Shown: positions 26,739 to 35,609 of the stretch, piece after piece | How positions within the stretch are numbered: position 1 is the stretch's first letter | Layout of the letters: every line of letters starts with the position of its first letter | The notes under the pieces: generated by a model | What the model was told of the DNA's origin: nothing | The model's input: only the letters and a program-made list of their open reading frames with translations | The model's database searches: none | Program-made: the position numbers and the translations under genes | Source of the DNA: Vicinamibacterales bacterium | GTDB taxonomy: Bacteria > Acidobacteriota > Vicinamibacteria > Vicinamibacterales > UBA8438 | NCBI GenBank assembly: GCA_965203525.1 | Contig: OZ241898.1 | Location: 4,185,621 to 4,249,620 of the forward strand | Length of the DNA stretch: 64,000 nucleotides | Reading direction: 5' to 3'

Positions 26739-29078
26739 TCATTCCGCCCGCAGCTCGGTCAGCGGGTCGAGGCGCGCGGCCCGGAGCGCCGGCACGGCCG
26801 ACGCCGCCAGCGCGGCCAGCACCACGACGACGGCGACTGCGCCGAACGTCACCGGGTCGTACGGACTGACGCCGTGCAGCAGGCTGCCGAGACCCCGGCC
26901 GGTCGCGGCCGCTCCCGGCAGCCCCGCTGCCAGACCGATGCCCGCGACGGCCAGACCGTCGCGCAGGACGTGCCGCAACAGCCGTCCGGGTGAGGCGCCC
27001 ACCGCGGCGCGGACGGCCAGTTCCCGCCGCCGCTCGACGACGGCCCGCGCCAGCGTCCCGAACAACCCGACCGTGGCGACCGCCAGCGCCAGCGCCGCGA
27101 AGCCGGCCGCGGGCACGACGGCCAGCCGCCGGTCGGAAACCGAGCCGGCGACGTGATCCGCGAGCGTACGCACCTCCGGTACCGGCAGCGACGGATCCAG
27201 GGCCCGAACGAGGTCGCGGATCGTCGGCGCCAGCGCCAGCGGATCGCCGGTGGTCCGTATCACGAGGTGCGACACGCCGGTGGGCGCGCGCTGCCACGGG
27301 ACGTACACCGAGCCCGTCCGCGGCGCGTCGAGCCCCTGGTACTTCATGTCGGCCACGACGGCGACGACAGGCGAATCTTCGCGCCGGATCTCGAAGGGCG
27401 CGAGGTCCCACGGCATCGGCCGGCCGACCGGGTCTGCGTGCGGACGGTGGACGAACCGCGCCGCGGTCTCGCTCAGAATCACCGGGGACACCGCTGCAAC
27501 GAGGTCGGAGGCCTCGAACCGGCGCCCTTGCCGCAGCGGTGCGCCCAGGGCCGCGAAGTAGCCGGCCGTGACCGTGCCGAACGACAGGGTGATGGAGCCG
27601 GCACGCGAATCCGCGCCGTTCTCCGGGGAGACGAAACTGATTTGCAGGGGCGCATCGGCGGGGGGCAGCATGCTGCCCACTCCGGCGGCCTGCACGCCCG
27701 GCAACGCCCGGATCCGTTCCAGCAGCGCGTTCACGAACGCCGTTGCGCCGCCCCCCTCGACGAACGGCGTATCGGCGAGCAGCAGCCGCGCGGTCAGCGC
27801 CCGTTGCGGCTCGAAACCGCTTTCTTCGTTCAGAAGCCGTTCCACGGTCCGGGCGAGCAGACCCGCGCCGGCCAGCAACACGATCGACAGGGCGATCTGG
27901 CCGGCCACCAGCCACGTCCGCGGCGTCCTGGTGGTCCGTGAGCCGGTGGTCGCCGTATCGCGGAGCAGCGCGGAACCGCCGCGGCCCACGGCGCCCGCGG
28001 CGGAAGCGGCGCCGCACGCGACGGCGGCCAGAAGAGCCAGGGCGCCCCCCGCGAGCAGGACCGGCGCATCGACGGCGACGGCGTCGACACGCGGCAGCGC
28101 GCCGGCGGCCAGGGCCGAGAACGCCCGCAGTCCCGCCCAGGCCAGCGCGAGCCCGAGGACGAATCCCGCCGCGGCGATTACGAGACCCTCGACCAGCGTC
28201 GTCCGGATCACCCGCGCCCGGCCGCAGCCCAGTGCGATCCGGACGGCGAACTCCCGACGCCGAACGAGGGATCGTCCGATGAGGAGCGTCACGGTGTTCG
28301 CGCACGCCACCACCAGCACGAGCAGCGCCGCCACGATCGACGCCAGCAGGACGGGCCGCAACTCCCCGCGCAGCGTCTCTTCGACTGACCGGACCGCCGC
28401 GCTCCATGCCTCCCCGTTGATCTCCCTGGCGACCCGTGTCGCGTCCTCGCGCACCCGTGCGACGTCCGTTCCGTTGCGCATGCGCCCCACAATCCGGTAG
28501 GAACCCGAGCCCTCCGCCGCGGCCCCCGGAGGCGCCAGCCATGCGTGGGTATCCTCCGACGGAAACGCGAACTCCGCGGGCATGACGGCCGCCACGCCGT
28601 ACCGGCGATCCCCGATCGTCACCCCCTGTCCCACGGCGGGCCCGCCCGTCCCCGTGTCCAGCATCCGGGCCAGCGTCGCACTGATCACGATCCCGGCGTC
28701 ACCCGGCGCGAACCGGGGAACGTCGCCGAGCCAGGCGGGCACGCCGACCACGTCGAAGAAGCCGTCGGTGACCGTGGCGACCTCCAGCACACGGCTTTGC
28801 CCCGCACCGCGCACCGCGCGGTGCCGTACGGCGTAACCGGCCACCCGGGCCGTTCCGAGACGTCGATCCCACTCCCGAAGCTGGCCGAGCCTTGCGCCAT
28901 GCTCCGGTCCGCCTTCTTCGTACACCTCCGCGACGGTTACCAACCGGTGGGCGTCCGGGTACGGGAGCGGTCTCCACAACACCCCGTGGGCGACAGCCAG
29001 TACCGCGGTGTTGACGCCCAGACCCAGGGCCAGGATTCCGACGGCCAGGGCGACGACTCCCGGCTGACGGCGCGTCAA
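26739..29078 (-). CDS. ADOP-type duplicated MacB/FtsX-family permease
   Basis: Contains GVVALAVGILALGLGVNTAVLAVAHGVLWRPLPYPDAHRLV plus two FtsX-type 4-TM modules. A putative TTG start at 29078 overlaps the upstream stop (TTGA). The usual N-terminal LRYALR segment is missing. Confidence 0.75.
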   Translation of the reverse strand: MTRRQPGVVALAVGILALGLGVNTAVLAVAHGVLWRPLPYPDAHRLVTVAEVYEEGGPEHGARLGQLREWDRRLGTARVAGYAVRHRAVRGAGQSRVLEVATVTDGFFDVVGVPAWLGDVPRFAPGDAGIVISATLARMLDTGTGGPAVGQGVTIGDRRYGVAAVMPAEFAFPSEDTHAWLAPPGAAAEGSGSYRIVGRMRNGTDVARVREDATRVAREINGEAWSAAVRSVEETLRGELRPVLLASIVAALLVLVVACANTVTLLIGRSLVRRREFAVRIALGCGRARVIRTTLVEGLVIAAAGFVLGLALAWAGLRAFSALAAGALPRVDAVAVDAPVLLAGGALALLAAVACGAASAAGAVGRGGSALLRDTATTGSRTTRTPRTWLVAGQIALSIVLLAGAGLLARTVERLLNEESGFEPQRALTARLLLADTPFVEGGGATAFVNALLERIRALPGVQAAGVGSMLPPADAPLQISFVSPENGADSRAGSITLSFGTVTAGYFAALGAPLRQGRRFEASDLVAAVSPVILSETAARFVHRPHADPVGRPMPWDLAPFEIRREDSPVVAVVADMKYQGLDAPRTGSVYVPWQRAPTGVSHLVIRTTGDPLALAPTIRDLVRALDPSLPVPEVRTLADHVAGSVSDRRLAVVPAAGFAALALAVATVGLFGTLARAVVERRRELAVRAAVGASPGRLLRHVLRDGLAVAGIGLAAGLPGAAATGRGLGSLLHGVSPYDPVTFGAVAVVVVLAALAASAVPALRAARLDPLTELRAE

Positions 29079-29677
29079 TCGACCGTCACGCCCGCCGCGT
29101 CGGCCAGCAGGGGGTAGAACTGCAGGAACACGTTGTCGCGCGCCGCGTGCTCGACGTGGCACGTGTAGCAGCGGTTGCCCGGCGGCTGGGGTTGCGCCGT
29201 CGTCCGGGCGCGGGCGCCGCCGCCGAAGTCGTAGTAGGCCCAGCCGGCCGCGACGCGCGCCTGGTCCTTCACGGCCAGTTCCACCGCCAGGACGTCGGAG
29301 GCGAACCGCCCGTGGCGCGCCGGCATCGCGTCCGCCTCGGTGCGGCGCACGAGCAGCGCCAGCATGGTGCCCTCGCGGAACGCGCCGGTGCGGACGAAGT
29401 GGTCGTAGGCGGTCGGCTCCATCAGCGTGTGGTTGAACGACTCCCGGCGCGGCGGTTCGTCGTTGTAGCTCAGCCCGAGCGAGGCGCCGACGAAGGTCCA
29501 GCGCAGGTAGTCGTCCGGCAGGTGCAGCGCGCCGTCCGCGTCGTAGCGCGGCATGACCGGCGGCGTGGCGGCGGCGCCGGACTGCGCGGCGAGATGGGCC
29601 GCGCCGGCCACCGCCAGCGTTCCGATCAGGCCGGCCGGCAGGAGCGCGAGCCACGGATTGCGGAGTCGTCGTCGCAT
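29075..29677 (-). CDS. Cytochrome P460-family protein
   Basis: Track ORF of 200 aa with a signal peptide and a C-terminal haem motif, NRCYTCHVEHAARDNVFLQFYPLL (CxxCH). Confidence 0.75.
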   Translation of the reverse strand: MRRRLRNPWLALLPAGLIGTLAVAGAAHLAAQSGAAATPPVMPRYDADGALHLPDDYLRWTFVGASLGLSYNDEPPRRESFNHTLMEPTAYDHFVRTGAFREGTMLALLVRRTEADAMPARHGRFASDVLAVELAVKDQARVAAGWAYYDFGGGARARTTAQPQPPGNRCYTCHVEHAARDNVFLQFYPLLADAAGVTVD

Positions 29678-29756
29678 CGGATCACTCCCGGTTCGGAAGG
29701 TGCTACGGCATTCGCAGGCAGTCTATCGGATTCCGCGCGCCCGCTGTTGGCGCCGC

Positions 29757-32069
29757 TCACGCCAGCAGCCGCCACACCTGCGCGACCAGGAAGCAGACGC
29801 AGACGCCCATCGCCACCGGGAGCAGCGACGCCACGGTCGTCCAGCGCGCGCTGCGGGTCTCCTTGTAGATCGTGTAGATGGTCGTCGAGCAGGGGTTGTG
29901 GAGCAGGCTGAAGAGCATCAGGTTGACCGCGGTCAGCAGCGTCCAGCCGCCGGCCCGCAGCAGGTCGCCGGTCGCCTCCGCGCTGTCGAGCTCGAACATC
30001 ACCCCGGCGCCGGCCCCCGGACCCGCCGCCGCGCCCCCGGCGGTCAGGACGGTCAGCATCAGCACGGTCGGGATGACGATCTCGTTGGCGGGAATCGCGA
30101 CCACGTAGGCGAGCAGGATCACCCCGTTGAGGCCGATGAACAGGCCGAACGGATCGAGCCAGCCGACCGCGTGCTCCGCGACGCTGGCGCCGCCTAGCGT
30201 CACGTTGGACGCGAGCCAGATGACGGCGCCGGCCGGCACCGCGAACACCACCGCGCGCCAGAGGACGATCAGGGTGCGGTCGATGAGCGAGGTGTACAAC
30301 GTCCGCAGCACCCGCGGCGGGCGGTAGGGCGGCAGTTCCAGGCTGAAGGCGGTCGCCTCGCCGCGCAGCACGGTGTTCGACAGGAGCCACGACGCGAGGA
30401 ACATCGCGCCGATGCCGAGCACCGCGATGCCGACCACCGCGGCGGCGGAAACGAGGCCGGCGAGGTGCGCCGGGGCGAGCGCGCCGATGAAGATCGAGGC
30501 GATCAGGATCTGCGTCGGCCAGCGCCCGTTGCAGAGCGAGAAGTTGTTGGTGAGGATGGCGATGAGCCGTTCGCGCGGGCTGTCGATGACGCGGGTCGAC
30601 ACGACGCCGGCCGCGTTGCACCCGAACCCCATGCACATCGTCAGCGCCTGCTTGCCGTGCGCCCCGGCCCGGCGGAACAGCGCGTCGAGGTTGAAGGCGA
30701 CGCGCGGCAGGTAGCCGAAGTCCTCCAGCAGGGTGAAGATCGGGAAGAAGATGGCCATCGGCGGCAGCATCACCGCGACGACCCAGGCGGTCGCCAGGTA
30801 CACGCCGTCGAAGAGGAAGCCGCTCAGCCACCACGGCAGGCCGGCCGCGTCGCCGAGGCTTCCGAGCGCCGGGTGCGCGGCGTCGATCAGCAGCGCCGCC
30901 AGCAGGCCCGACGGCACGTTGGCGCCCTCGATGGTGATCCAGAAGACCGCGGCGAGGATCGCGAGCATCAGCGGGAAGCCGAGCCAGCGGTTGGTCAGCA
31001 GCCGATCCAGGACGCGGTCGACGTCCGGGCCGGCCTTGCGCAGCCCGCGGACCTCCGCCCGCGCCGCGACGTCGTGCGCCGCCGCGTAGGTGCGCTCCGT
31101 CAGGCGGTCGTGGAAGTCCGCCGGCACGTCCCACCGCAGGCGTTGCGCGGTGTCGAGCACCGCGGCCCGCGCGGCCGGCGGCGGGACGGTCGCCCGCGCG
31201 CCGGTTCCGTCGCCGCCGGCTTGGCCCGGCTCCCCGGCGCGGGCGGCCTCGGTACCGGCGTCGTCCGCGTTCGACGGGAGCGGCGCGCCGGCCGGGTCGT
31301 CGCCGAGCCGGCCCAGTTCCCCGGAGCGGACCGCCTCGGCGACGGCGTCGTCCGCGTTCAGCAGGCGCTGCGCCACCCAGCGGCTGCTCGGCACGCCCGG
31401 GAACGCCTGTTCCACCGCCGCGGCGAGCGACGCGACCGCCTGCTCGATCCCGGGGGCCTGTTGCGCGAGGCGGAACGGGCGCGTGCGCGTCCGGCCGGTG
31501 GCGACGCCGTGCGCGGCGTCGAGAAGCGCGTCGATGCCGGTCGACGAGCGGGCCGCGCCGGCCACGACCGGCACGCCGAGCTCCCGCTCCAGCCGTGCCG
31601 GGTCCACCGCGATGCCGTGGCGCCGGGCCTCGTCCATCAGGTTGACGTAGACGACCACGCGGCCGGTGACGTCGAGGATCTGCAGCACGAGGTTCAGGTT
31701 GCGTTCGAGCCGCGTGGCGTCGACCACCGCCACGGTGACGTCGGGCCGTCCGAACAGGAGGAACTCGCGGGCCACTTCTTCGTCCGCGCTGCCCGCCTGC
31801 AGGGAGTAGGTGCCCGGCAGGTCGACGATCTTCACGCGCGCCCCGCGGTGCGCGAAGGCGCCCTCGGCGCGCACGATGGTCTTGCCGGGCCAGTTGCCGG
31901 TGTGCTGCCGCAGGCCGGTCAGGGCGTTGAAGACGGTGCTCTTGCCGACGTTCGGATTCCCCGCGAGCGCCACGAGGAGGTCCCACCGGTCGGGGCGCAG
32001 GCCGAGCCGGATCAGGCTTTGCGCGCGGTGCTCGGCGCGGCTGCCGCACGCCGGCGCGGGCAGCGCCAT
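29757..32069 (-). CDS. feoB: Ferrous iron transporter FeoB
   Basis: ATG 32069 overlaps the upstream stop (ATGA). G-domain motifs are GNPNVGKST, DLPGTYS and NLMD. The polytopic C-terminal domain carries GFGCNAAGV. The linker has an 87-bp in-frame duplication. Confidence 0.9.
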   Translation of the reverse strand: MALPAPACGSRAEHRAQSLIRLGLRPDRWDLLVALAGNPNVGKSTVFNALTGLRQHTGNWPGKTIVRAEGAFAHRGARVKIVDLPGTYSLQAGSADEEVAREFLLFGRPDVTVAVVDATRLERNLNLVLQILDVTGRVVVYVNLMDEARRHGIAVDPARLERELGVPVVAGAARSSTGIDALLDAAHGVATGRTRTRPFRLAQQAPGIEQAVASLAAAVEQAFPGVPSSRWVAQRLLNADDAVAEAVRSGELGRLGDDPAGAPLPSNADDAGTEAARAGEPGQAGGDGTGARATVPPPAARAAVLDTAQRLRWDVPADFHDRLTERTYAAAHDVAARAEVRGLRKAGPDVDRVLDRLLTNRWLGFPLMLAILAAVFWITIEGANVPSGLLAALLIDAAHPALGSLGDAAGLPWWLSGFLFDGVYLATAWVVAVMLPPMAIFFPIFTLLEDFGYLPRVAFNLDALFRRAGAHGKQALTMCMGFGCNAAGVVSTRVIDSPRERLIAILTNNFSLCNGRWPTQILIASIFIGALAPAHLAGLVSAAAVVGIAVLGIGAMFLASWLLSNTVLRGEATAFSLELPPYRPPRVLRTLYTSLIDRTLIVLWRAVVFAVPAGAVIWLASNVTLGGASVAEHAVGWLDPFGLFIGLNGVILLAYVVAIPANEIVIPTVLMLTVLTAGGAAAGPGAGAGVMFELDSAEATGDLLRAGGWTLLTAVNLMLFSLLHNPCSTTIYTIYKETRSARWTTVASLLPVAMGVCVCFLVAQVWRLLA

Positions 32070-33097
32070 CAGGCGGCCTCCCCGGCGCGTTCGACCTGGA
32101 TCCACGCCGCCTGCGTCCGGCGCAGCGCGATCAGCGCGCCGCGGATGCGGTAGGCGACCGGGTCGCCGGCCGCGCTCGCCAGCTCGGGCGTGACCGGCGT
32201 GCCGCGCACCACGCCGAGGTCGAGCAGCCGGCGGCGCTGGGTGCCCTGGCAGGCGCGGGAGATGCCGGTGACGCGGACCGTCTCCCCGGACCGCGCATCG
32301 AGCAGGGTCGTGCGGCTGGTCTCGGCCCGTTCGCCCGGCGGCAGGCAGCGGACGGTCACGTTGCCGGCGGCCACCGCGTCGAGCTCCCATTCGCGCCCGC
32401 CGCTGCGCACGCGGACGGCGCGGCCGGTTCGCGCGACGACCTCGAGCCGGCCGCCCAGCACGAGCCCGTCGCGGATCAGCGCGTCGTAGATCTCGCGCGG
32501 CTCGTCCTCCAGGTGCAGGATCTCCACCGTCCGTCCCGGTCCGGCCGACAGCAGCCCGAGGCCCTGGTCGGGCGGGACGTCGCCGGCGGGGGTGGGGATC
32601 GGGTCGCCGTGCGGGTCCCAGCGCGGATGGCCGAGCCGCGTGTCGAGGGCGTCGACCTCCGCGGCCGACAGGGCATGCTCCATCCGCTCCGCCTCGTCGT
32701 GCCACTCGCTGGCCGGCACCCCGGTCCGGTCGGCGAGATAGCGTTCCCACATGCGGTGCGTGCGCACGAGGCGGAGCGCCGAGCGGCGGCCGGCGGCGGT
32801 CAGGGCCGGCCCGGCGCCGCCGGTGCGGACCAGCGCCATCGCGGTCAGACGCGAGAGCAGGGCCGCCGCGCGCGTCCGGGAGACCTCCAGCCGGCCGGCC
32901 AGACTCTCCAAAGAGCAGACGCGGCCCGCCCGTTCGCAGGTGTAGACGTGCTTGACGGCGTCCTCCAGGAGGACCCGCTCACTCAGCCGCACGAGGCGGC
33001 GCAGGCGGGGCGCGAGGCCGATCCGGGGCCAGAACGCGGCCGCCGCGGAGGCCGCCAGGATGCCGAAGACGACGAGCGCCGGCGCGGGGTCGGGCAT
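32069..33097 (-). CDS. DtxR/MntR-family metal regulator fused to FeoA/SH3-like domains, with N-terminal hydrophobic segment
   Basis: Starts MPDPAPALVVFGILAASAAAAFW at ATG 33097. Has a wHTH, the DtxR dimerisation motif (THRMWERYLAD..HDEAERMEH..DPHGDPIP) and a C-terminal FeoA-like domain (GETVRVTGI...LLDLGVVRGTPV). Confidence 0.75.
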   Translation of the reverse strand: MPDPAPALVVFGILAASAAAAFWPRIGLAPRLRRLVRLSERVLLEDAVKHVYTCERAGRVCSLESLAGRLEVSRTRAAALLSRLTAMALVRTGGAGPALTAAGRRSALRLVRTHRMWERYLADRTGVPASEWHDEAERMEHALSAAEVDALDTRLGHPRWDPHGDPIPTPAGDVPPDQGLGLLSAGPGRTVEILHLEDEPREIYDALIRDGLVLGGRLEVVARTGRAVRVRSGGREWELDAVAAGNVTVRCLPPGERAETSRTTLLDARSGETVRVTGISRACQGTQRRRLLDLGVVRGTPVTPELASAAGDPVAYRIRGALIALRRTQAAWIQVERAGEAA

Positions 33098-33102
33098 GGA
33101 AG

Positions 33103-33116
33103 TTTGATGAATCAAA
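33103..33116. promoter_or_regulatory. Perfect AT-rich palindrome TTTGATGAATCAAA just upstream of the dtxR/feoA-feoB operon (candidate metal-regulator operator)
   Basis: TTTGAT-GA-ATCAAA lies 6 nt upstream of the ATG at 33097, within the AT-rich stretch ...atcaaaaaatcgttcttgacc. Confidence 0.4.
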
Positions 33117-33251
33117 AAATCGTTCTTGACCAGTCTAAACCAGGACCGCCGCATCCGTCCAGCGGCCGGCCGGTCAAAGGCGCCGCCGCTTCGCCGTCGC
33201 GCGGCCTCGGCGTCCGGCCAGCCACGCTCGGCGCGGACCCTGCCGGCGTGC

Positions 33252-34286
33252 TCACCGGGCATCGGCACGGCGCCGGGCGTCGCGCCGGTCCCGACCGGAA
33301 CCCAGAGCCGGCGAATCCTGCGCACCGAACGCGGTCGCGATGGCGCCGTGCTCCAGCTCGGTCTCGTTCGTGTAGCGCTTCACGGTCTCGACGCTGTTCC
33401 AGCCGCCCGCGCGCGCGATGGCGACGCTGTCGATCTTCCGGCGCGCCAGCTCGGTGGCCATCGCCCGCCGCGGGCTGTGTCCCGTGAGGCCGTCGATGCC
33501 GACGGCGCGGCCGGCCGCGGCGATGCGCTTGGCAATCTGGTGGCCGCCGAGCGGCACGACGCGGCCGGCCGGCCGCACGACGTCCGCGGCGGCGCGGTGA
33601 TCGCGGAGGGCGCCGGCGAACGTGCCGACGACGGCGCGGACGTCGACCTTCGCGCCGTCCTGGTTGCGCTTCGAGCGCCGCACGCGGATCCGGATCAGGC
33701 CGGCGCCCGGGTCTTCGACGTCGTCCCACACGAGGGCGGAGATCTCCGACCGGCGCAGCATCGCGCAATAGGCGAGGGCGAGGATCACGCGGTCCAGCCG
33801 CCCGCGTTCGGCCGCGCCGCGCGCCGACTCGACCCCGCGCCCGCTCCGGCGCCGCCGGACGGCGGCGTCCATCATGGCGAGGGCGTCCTCGTGCGTGAAG
33901 GTCGGCGCCTGCTTCGGCGCGCAACGCGGATCGGCCGCCTGCCGCCGGGCGATGCCCGCCAGGGCCTCGGTGACCACGGGGTCGGCGGTCGGGGGAGACA
34001 GGCGGGCGGCGCGGTGGAAGGCGCCGATGGCGGCGGCGGCGACCTTGACGGTCGCGATCTTGCGGACCGCGCCCAGTTCGGTCAGATAGGCGGCGGCGGT
34101 TTCCGGCGCGGCGGGGGCCGGTTCCGCGCCCCGTTCCTCGCACCACGAGACGAAGCGCCTCCACTGCGTGCCGTAGGCGGCGTCGGTGTTCGCGGCGCGG
34201 CTGGCGCGGCGGGCGCTGGACACGCGGTCCGCGTCGAGGCGGTTCAGACCGGCCGGCAGGACCGAGGAGGTGCGTTCGCGCTTCAT
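33252..34286 (-). CDS. Tyrosine recombinase / phage-type integrase
   Basis: Track ORF of 344 aa with the catalytic pattern R (AMLRRSEI), HxxR (GHSPRRAMATEL) and Y (VETVKRY). Confidence 0.85.
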   Translation of the reverse strand: MKRERTSSVLPAGLNRLDADRVSSARRASRAANTDAAYGTQWRRFVSWCEERGAEPAPAAPETAAAYLTELGAVRKIATVKVAAAAIGAFHRAARLSPPTADPVVTEALAGIARRQAADPRCAPKQAPTFTHEDALAMMDAAVRRRRSGRGVESARGAAERGRLDRVILALAYCAMLRRSEISALVWDDVEDPGAGLIRIRVRRSKRNQDGAKVDVRAVVGTFAGALRDHRAAADVVRPAGRVVPLGGHQIAKRIAAAGRAVGIDGLTGHSPRRAMATELARRKIDSVAIARAGGWNSVETVKRYTNETELEHGAIATAFGAQDSPALGSGRDRRDARRRADAR

Positions 34287-34292
34287 GTCCGG

Positions 34293-34579
34293 TAATCCGA
34301 ATTGCCGGCGCGGTCAAGCCCCTGCGCGAACTTTTTTTGACGCGCGTCGGATCGCCGCGGGACGCGGCCCGAAACGCCTCTCGGCTGCCGTTCGGCATGC
34401 GCCGGCTGGACGTACTGCCCCTGCCGCGCGCCCGCGGACGGTCGCCCCGCGGCCGCGGCGCTTGGTTCGCGGCACCCGGGTCGGCGGGCGGAAAGGTTCG
34501 ACCGCGCGCCGGCGATGCAAGCACAGAACCCCAAAGCGGTGACGTAGGAAAAGCAAAAACAATGCCACAATTCGGATTA
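34293..34579. repeat. 12-bp perfect inverted repeat pair TAATCCGAATTG / CAATTCGGATTA bracketing 263 bp next to the recombinase gene
   Basis: The arms lie at 34293-34304 and 34568-34579. Both are AT-rich in a GC-rich background, and the left arm is 7 nt upstream of the int ATG. Confidence 0.7.
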
Positions 34580-34783
34580 TGATCCGAAAATGTTCCTGGG
34601 CCACGGAGATCGCGGGACGCGCGTCAGATGCCGCGGATGCGGCGTCGGACAGTTCGTCCCAAGGGGAGCCTGGCTGACAGGGCGCAGGCGAGGTCGTAGT
34701 CTCGACGGCAGCGGACGTCATGAGGGCGGTCGCCAGGCCGATGGTGGATCGAGTTTTCTGCGATACATCAGGAGGATGCACGC

Positions 34784-35107
34784 ATGTTTCGATCCACGTT
34801 TCTTCGGCGGATGGTGGCGGCGCTGTGCGTGGCGCTCATGATGGGCGGTGTCGTCAGCGTCGGCGAGATCGTCGCCGGCGACGACGCACGGGTTCCGCTC
34901 GCGTTCGCGCTTCACACGGACGTGCACGCCCAGGAATGCACGGACGACGGCGGCGGCGGAGACCAAGGCGATCGACCGGAGTGCGAACGGGGTGAGGCCG
35001 GCGGCGGCGGTGGCGGCAGTGGCTGTGGCCTCTGGTGCTGGGTCGGGCGGTTGCTCCAGCTATGCAAATTCATTCCGAAGGAGCACCGGCCCTGGTTCTG
35101 CAAATGA
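34784..35107 (+). CDS. Small secreted Cys-rich protein (107 aa), unknown function
   Basis: Strong RBS (AGGAGGA) 8 nt before the ATG. Signal peptide is MFRSTFLRRMVAALCVALMMGG. An acidic and Gly-rich linker is followed by the C-terminal GCGLWCWVGRLLQLCKFIPKEHRPWFCK. Confidence 0.6.
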   Translation: MFRSTFLRRMVAALCVALMMGGVVSVGEIVAGDDARVPLAFALHTDVHAQECTDDGGGGDQGDRPECERGEAGGGGGGSGCGLWCWVGRLLQLCKFIPKEHRPWFCK

Positions 35108-35152
35108 CGCCGCTCTGAGAAGGTCGTGGGCGGCGCGATACGGGAGGTGACC

Positions 35153-35581
35153 ATGATGCGGTGGATTCTCGGCTTGGCGTTCGTGGCGTGTGCTTCGTTC
35201 TCGGTGGCGGCGCAGGATCTTGATCAAGTGCCTGTGCAGGCGGCCGGTGGCCAAGGAGGGGATTCTGAGCTTGCGCGGATGCAGGCGGAGCAGGATCTCG
35301 TCGTAGCGCAACGCTGGATCAAGGCAGGATCCATCGCCTCCTGGATAGCGCCTCTTGCTCTGGCGCCGTTCGTCGCCGGTGAGGACCAGTGGATCGACTC
35401 GAGAGGGCGGTTGGGTACGGCGCTGAAGATCACGGGCGGCTCCGCGTTGGCGGTGGCTGTCGTCTCGGGTGCGGTTGGGCGCATCAAGCGCCGGGATGCT
35501 CAGCGGCGGCTGGATGCCCTGTCGATCACCGTAGGCGTAACGGCTGACGGTGCGGTCGTAGCTGGCGCTGTGACCTGGTAG
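35153..35581 (+). CDS. Hypothetical exported/membrane protein
   Basis: GGGAGG lies 5 nt before ATG 35153. Signal peptide is MMRWILGLAFVACASFSVAAQD, followed by two hydrophobic segments. An identical copy sits at 38380..38808. Confidence 0.6.
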   Translation: MMRWILGLAFVACASFSVAAQDLDQVPVQAAGGQGGDSELARMQAEQDLVVAQRWIKAGSIASWIAPLALAPFVAGEDQWIDSRGRLGTALKITGGSALAVAVVSGAVGRIKRRDAQRRLDALSITVGVTADGAVVAGAVTW

Positions 35582-35609
35582 GTGAGTTCCCGCTCGCGGG
35601 GGCGGCGCC

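Noticed and set aside
34287-34783. tRNA gene as an integration target next to the tyrosine recombinase. tRNA and rRNA were also sought across the whole window.
   Set aside because: No cloverleaf-compatible sequence with a T-loop (GTTCRANNC-like) or acceptor pairing was seen by eye. A tRNAscan run would be needed to exclude one formally.
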